Part shown: positions 17,726 to 20,000 of the stretch, piece after piece
Layout of the letters: each line of letters begins with the position of its first letter
Position numbering within the stretch: position 1 is the stretch's first letter
Virus record (IMG/VR): IMGVR_UViG_3300025011_000035
Source: an uncultured virus (IMG/VR IMGVR_UViG_3300025011_000035)
Lineage: Duplodnaviria; Heunggongvirae; Uroviricota; Caudoviricetes
Length of the DNA: 20,000 nucleotides
Strand: one strand, 5' to 3'
Position numbers and translations under genes: made by a program
Notes under the pieces: generated by a model
Database searches by the model: none
What the model saw: the letters and a program-made list of their open reading frames with translations, nothing else
What the model was told of the DNA's origin: nothing

Positions 17726-18079
17726 TTATTTAACTTTACTTTTAACTCCTTTAATAATATCTTGAGCTAGTGGTGTTTTTGAAAGAGCGTAGAATGAGGC
17801 AAGGGTTGTTCCGGCCGCAGTTACGGTTTTAACGACATTTAGACCTTTTTTAACATGGCCGGGATTTAGATCTCTGACTTGTTTTTCGAGTTGGATTCTA
17901 GTTGTCAATTCTCTAAGCTGCTCATTGCTCATTTCATGGATCTTTTTACCTTTTAGTAGTACTTTCTTTTTATGATCGTCGCTGGTAATACGTGGTTTCG
18001 ACTTGGACGAGGTCCCTCGAGCTTTCTTCTTTCCCCATTTCATTCCTGGAATTCCAAAATGGGTTAAATCATTACGCAT
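17726..18079 (-). CDS. Basic hypothetical protein with N-terminal HFGxxGMxWG tag
   Basis: 117 aa, RBS GGAGGTG. Begins MRNDLTHFGIPGMKWGKKK; contains MSNEQLRELTTRIQLEKQ helix; very Lys-rich. Confidence 0.8.
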   Translation of the reverse strand: MRNDLTHFGIPGMKWGKKKARGTSSKSKPRITSDDHKKKVLLKGKKIHEMSNEQLRELTTRIQLEKQVRDLNPGHVKKGLNVVKTVTAAGTTLASFYALSKTPLAQDIIKGVKSKVK

Positions 18080-18080
18080 C

Positions 18081-18440
18081 TTATATCACCACCTCCACAA
18101 TTGGCATAGCGTTCTCAATTTGCACATTTAGACGCCATTCGAATTCTGTTATTTGTCTCTCCATTGCTTCTAGAACAAACGAACTTGTCGGGGGATCAAA
18201 TAATAGTCGAACCTTCAAATATATTAGAGTCTTTACAGCTTCAAGATCGATTCTGGTTCCAAGTAGATCTGTCCATTTTTCGTCACTACCCGTTATCGAG
18301 AAACCAGTATTCGGACCGACCCCAATTTGGTTTAGAGATAGGAGTACCGAGTTAACGTTTAATATAATGTCGGGGTCAAAGTGCGTGTATTCAGGTTCGA
18401 TGCCTAACATTTTCTTAACAGACGTAAGAATGCTATCCAT
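18081..18440 (-). CDS. Probable head-tail connector (gp6/gp15-like)
   Basis: Start refined to ATG 18440 after AGGAG. MDSILTSVKKMLGI...FDPDIILNVNS...AVKTLIYLKVRLLFDPP; helical pattern like HK97 gp6-type connectors. Confidence 0.6.
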   Translation of the reverse strand: MDSILTSVKKMLGIEPEYTHFDPDIILNVNSVLLSLNQIGVGPNTGFSITGSDEKWTDLLGTRIDLEAVKTLIYLKVRLLFDPPTSSFVLEAMERQITEFEWRLNVQIENAMPIVEVVI

Positions 18441-18451
18441 TAGCAACGCTC

Positions 18452-18802
18452 CTATTCATACCAGGTTGGTCCGATATATTCTCGCATGACGTAGCCGATA
18501 AATCCCGAGTTAGTTTGCACAAACGCCCAACCATCATGAATATCGGTGTCTGCTACGATAAGGACGTCGCCTCGGTTTACGACGCATAGTACGTCGCTTA
18601 ATTTGTCTGGGGATTCTCGAACGTTTAATTTACCGCTACTTATAACGGTAGCCATTAGCGGGGCTTGAGTTGATGAGACCTCTTGTTCTGGAGGAACGTC
18701 TTGACACCATTTCGTGGATAATCCATCAATAGTTTGATCTAAGGGGATTGATAAGTCTTTTTTAGTTTTTGATTTTCTAATTGATACATCATTGTAATCC
18801 AT
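18452..18802 (-). CDS. SH3b (bacterial SH3) domain protein
   Basis: Start refined to ATG 18802 after AGGAGG. C-terminal KLNVRESPDKLSDVLCVVNRGDVLIV...GWAFVQTNSGFIGYVMREYI matches the SH3_3 consensus LNVR.gP...G...V...gW..V...GYV...Y. Confidence 0.8.
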   Translation of the reverse strand: MDYNDVSIRKSKTKKDLSIPLDQTIDGLSTKWCQDVPPEQEVSSTQAPLMATVISSGKLNVRESPDKLSDVLCVVNRGDVLIVADTDIHDGWAFVQTNSGFIGYVMREYIGPTWYE

Positions 18803-18819
18803 ATTCATCCTCCTAATGG

Positions 18820-19230
18820 TTATTTCCAAGGACAAGTGTCGTTTTTATACCGTTCATTCGGTAACTGCGGCAATAACGATTCGTCTCCATAATGTATTGC
18901 GTTGTGGGTGTTGTGGGTTGTGCATATCAGTCCTTCTGGATCATATATTAAGTCTCGATCAAGTTCGACGTCTTCGAGCGATATTGGGTTCATATGATGT
19001 ATTACTATACGTCCATAAATTCGATAATCATCTATACCAAGATCGCAACCTTCATCTCGGATAATGATATTATCTCTTGTTCTTTTCCATTGATCAGATC
19101 TATACAGTAGTTGATTTAAATAACGATCACCGCCAAAGGTGGATTGACCGACAGCGGCTTTTAGTTGCAGATACAAATAACGTTCTTCAAAAGTTTTTAG
19201 CCTTGTTAATTCGCGAAACGTTCTAATCAT
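18820..19230 (-). CDS. HNH endonuclease (packaging-associated)
   Basis: WKRTRDNIIIRDEGCDLG...IHHMNPI...LICTTHNTHNAIH. Close to the terminase genes, as HK97 gp74-like nucleases are. Start is 19230 (MIRTF) or 19245. Confidence 0.85.
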   Translation of the reverse strand: MIRTFRELTRLKTFEERYLYLQLKAAVGQSTFGGDRYLNQLLYRSDQWKRTRDNIIIRDEGCDLGIDDYRIYGRIVIHHMNPISLEDVELDRDLIYDPEGLICTTHNTHNAIHYGDESLLPQLPNERYKNDTCPWK

Positions 19231-19338
19231 TTTCCCCAAATCCATCCATGTAAATTTTTGCTAGATCGTGCAAGGTTAACTGACCAATAACCCTATGTCT
19301 CGGATAGGCTCGTTTGCGTCCATCATCCTCTCGTCTAA

Positions 19339-19440
19339 TTATGGTAGTCCAGGCATCACAAGTATGACGATAACATATCCATTACACAGACGAGGAGATG
19401 ACACTAAATATACTCGACCCTTGAATTTTATAATTTTCAT
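19339..19440 (-). CDS. Small ORF (33 aa), possibly the 5' half of a frameshifted gene
   Basis: Strong RBS AAGGAGG then ATG at 19440: MKIIKFKGRVYLVSSPRLCNGYVIVILVMPGLP*. Too short for the ORF track. Confidence 0.5.
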   Translation of the reverse strand: MKIIKFKGRVYLVSSPRLCNGYVIVILVMPGLP

Positions 19441-19463
19441 ACCGCCCTCCTTATCGGTACATT

Positions 19464-19799
19464 CTAATCATCAACGCTCCCTTGTCCACTGTACGTTCTC
19501 ATTGCAGAAAGGGCATTTGCATATAGTTCTTCGGTTTTCTTTGCCGATTGAATGGCTTCGGTTTTGGCTTGTATTAATTCTTTTTGTAATACGAGAATCT
19601 CTTTTTCAACTCGGTCCTTGGTCGAACCGATCTTTAGAAAATGGGCTATAACCTGAGACGAAGCCGTTCCTTTAGAAAGTTGAGCCTCAGCCAAGTCGAC
19701 AGCGAGAGCTACCAATTGATTTTCGCGAGCTTCTGGAGTTTTAGCCGGAGGACGTCGCCTTTTGATTGGAGCATCATCTCTCTTAGAAACGGCCATCAA
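19464..19799 (-). CDS. Probable terminase small subunit
   Basis: 111 aa, first gene of the operon, RBS AAAGGAG. Basic N-terminus RRRPPAKTPEARENQL, helical core and coiled-coil C-terminus. Function assigned mainly by position and size. Confidence 0.55.
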   Translation of the reverse strand: MMAVSKRDDAPIKRRRPPAKTPEARENQLVALAVDLAEAQLSKGTASSQVIAHFLKIGSTKDRVEKEILVLQKELIQAKTEAIQSAKKTEELYANALSAMRTYSGQGSVDD

Positions 19800-19844
19800 A
19801 TATTCATACTCCTTTCTTGTATAGTTGTTAGTTATTCAAGATAG

Positions 19845-19976
19845 TTTTCTACAAACTTTTAAGTGTAGCGAAAAGACTTTCAACCGTCTTTTACAACGAC
19901 TCTTGAAGGGAGAACAGGATCACCACAACCTGTTTTTAAAAAGAACTTGCCGCTACACTTAAAAGTTTGTAGAAAA
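19845..19976. repeat. Perfect 26-bp inverted repeat enclosing internal hairpins
   Basis: TTTTCTACAAACTTTTAAGTGTAGCG (19845-19870) is the exact reverse complement of CGCTACACTTAAAAGTTTGTAGAAAA (19951-19976); 80-nt interior. Confidence 0.95.
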
Positions 19977-20000
19977 TATACCGCCGGAGCTTTTTTTGGG

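Noticed and set aside
19800..19845. Sigma70-type promoter upstream of terS
   Set aside because: TTGAAT and TATACA on the minus strand are only 10 nt apart, and no convincing -35/-10 pair was found.
19845..19976. tRNA, CRISPR array or IS element as the explanation for the inverted repeat
   Set aside because: No cloverleaf or T-loop consensus, no direct repeat-spacer periodicity, no transposase, and no clear target-site duplication.

Overview
The window is one minus-strand late (virion morphogenesis) operon of a long-tailed siphovirus or prophage. AT-richness and strong GGAGG ribosome-binding sites suggest a Firmicutes host. In transcription order (right to left) it carries: a structured leader, probable TerS, HNH nuclease, an SH3b protein, a displaced head-tail connector, TerL, portal, a fused prohead protease/major capsid protein, head-tail proteins, major tail protein, two small accessory genes, two tail chaperones, an HK97 gp10-like protein, a 1919-aa tape measure, Dit, and a tail-tip protein truncated by the window edge. 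From memory (not verified by search), the head genes resemble the Lactococcus phage 1706 / Rhodococcus ReqiPepy6-Poco6-like lineage. The most interesting signals are: (1) three otherwise unrelated basic proteins share an N-terminal L-x-H-FG-x-x-GM-x-WG tag, and the same L/M-x-H motif recurs four times in the protease-scaffold-capsid linker, suggesting a protease-cleaved capsid-cargo loading system; (2) an internal in-frame start in the protease-capsid gene; (3) a 132-nt element closed by a perfect 26-bp stem upstream of terS; (4) six co-oriented copies of TCAAAATGG; (5) a 328-aa protein with nested duplicated domains. All function calls come from motif recognition and synteny; no database search was run.
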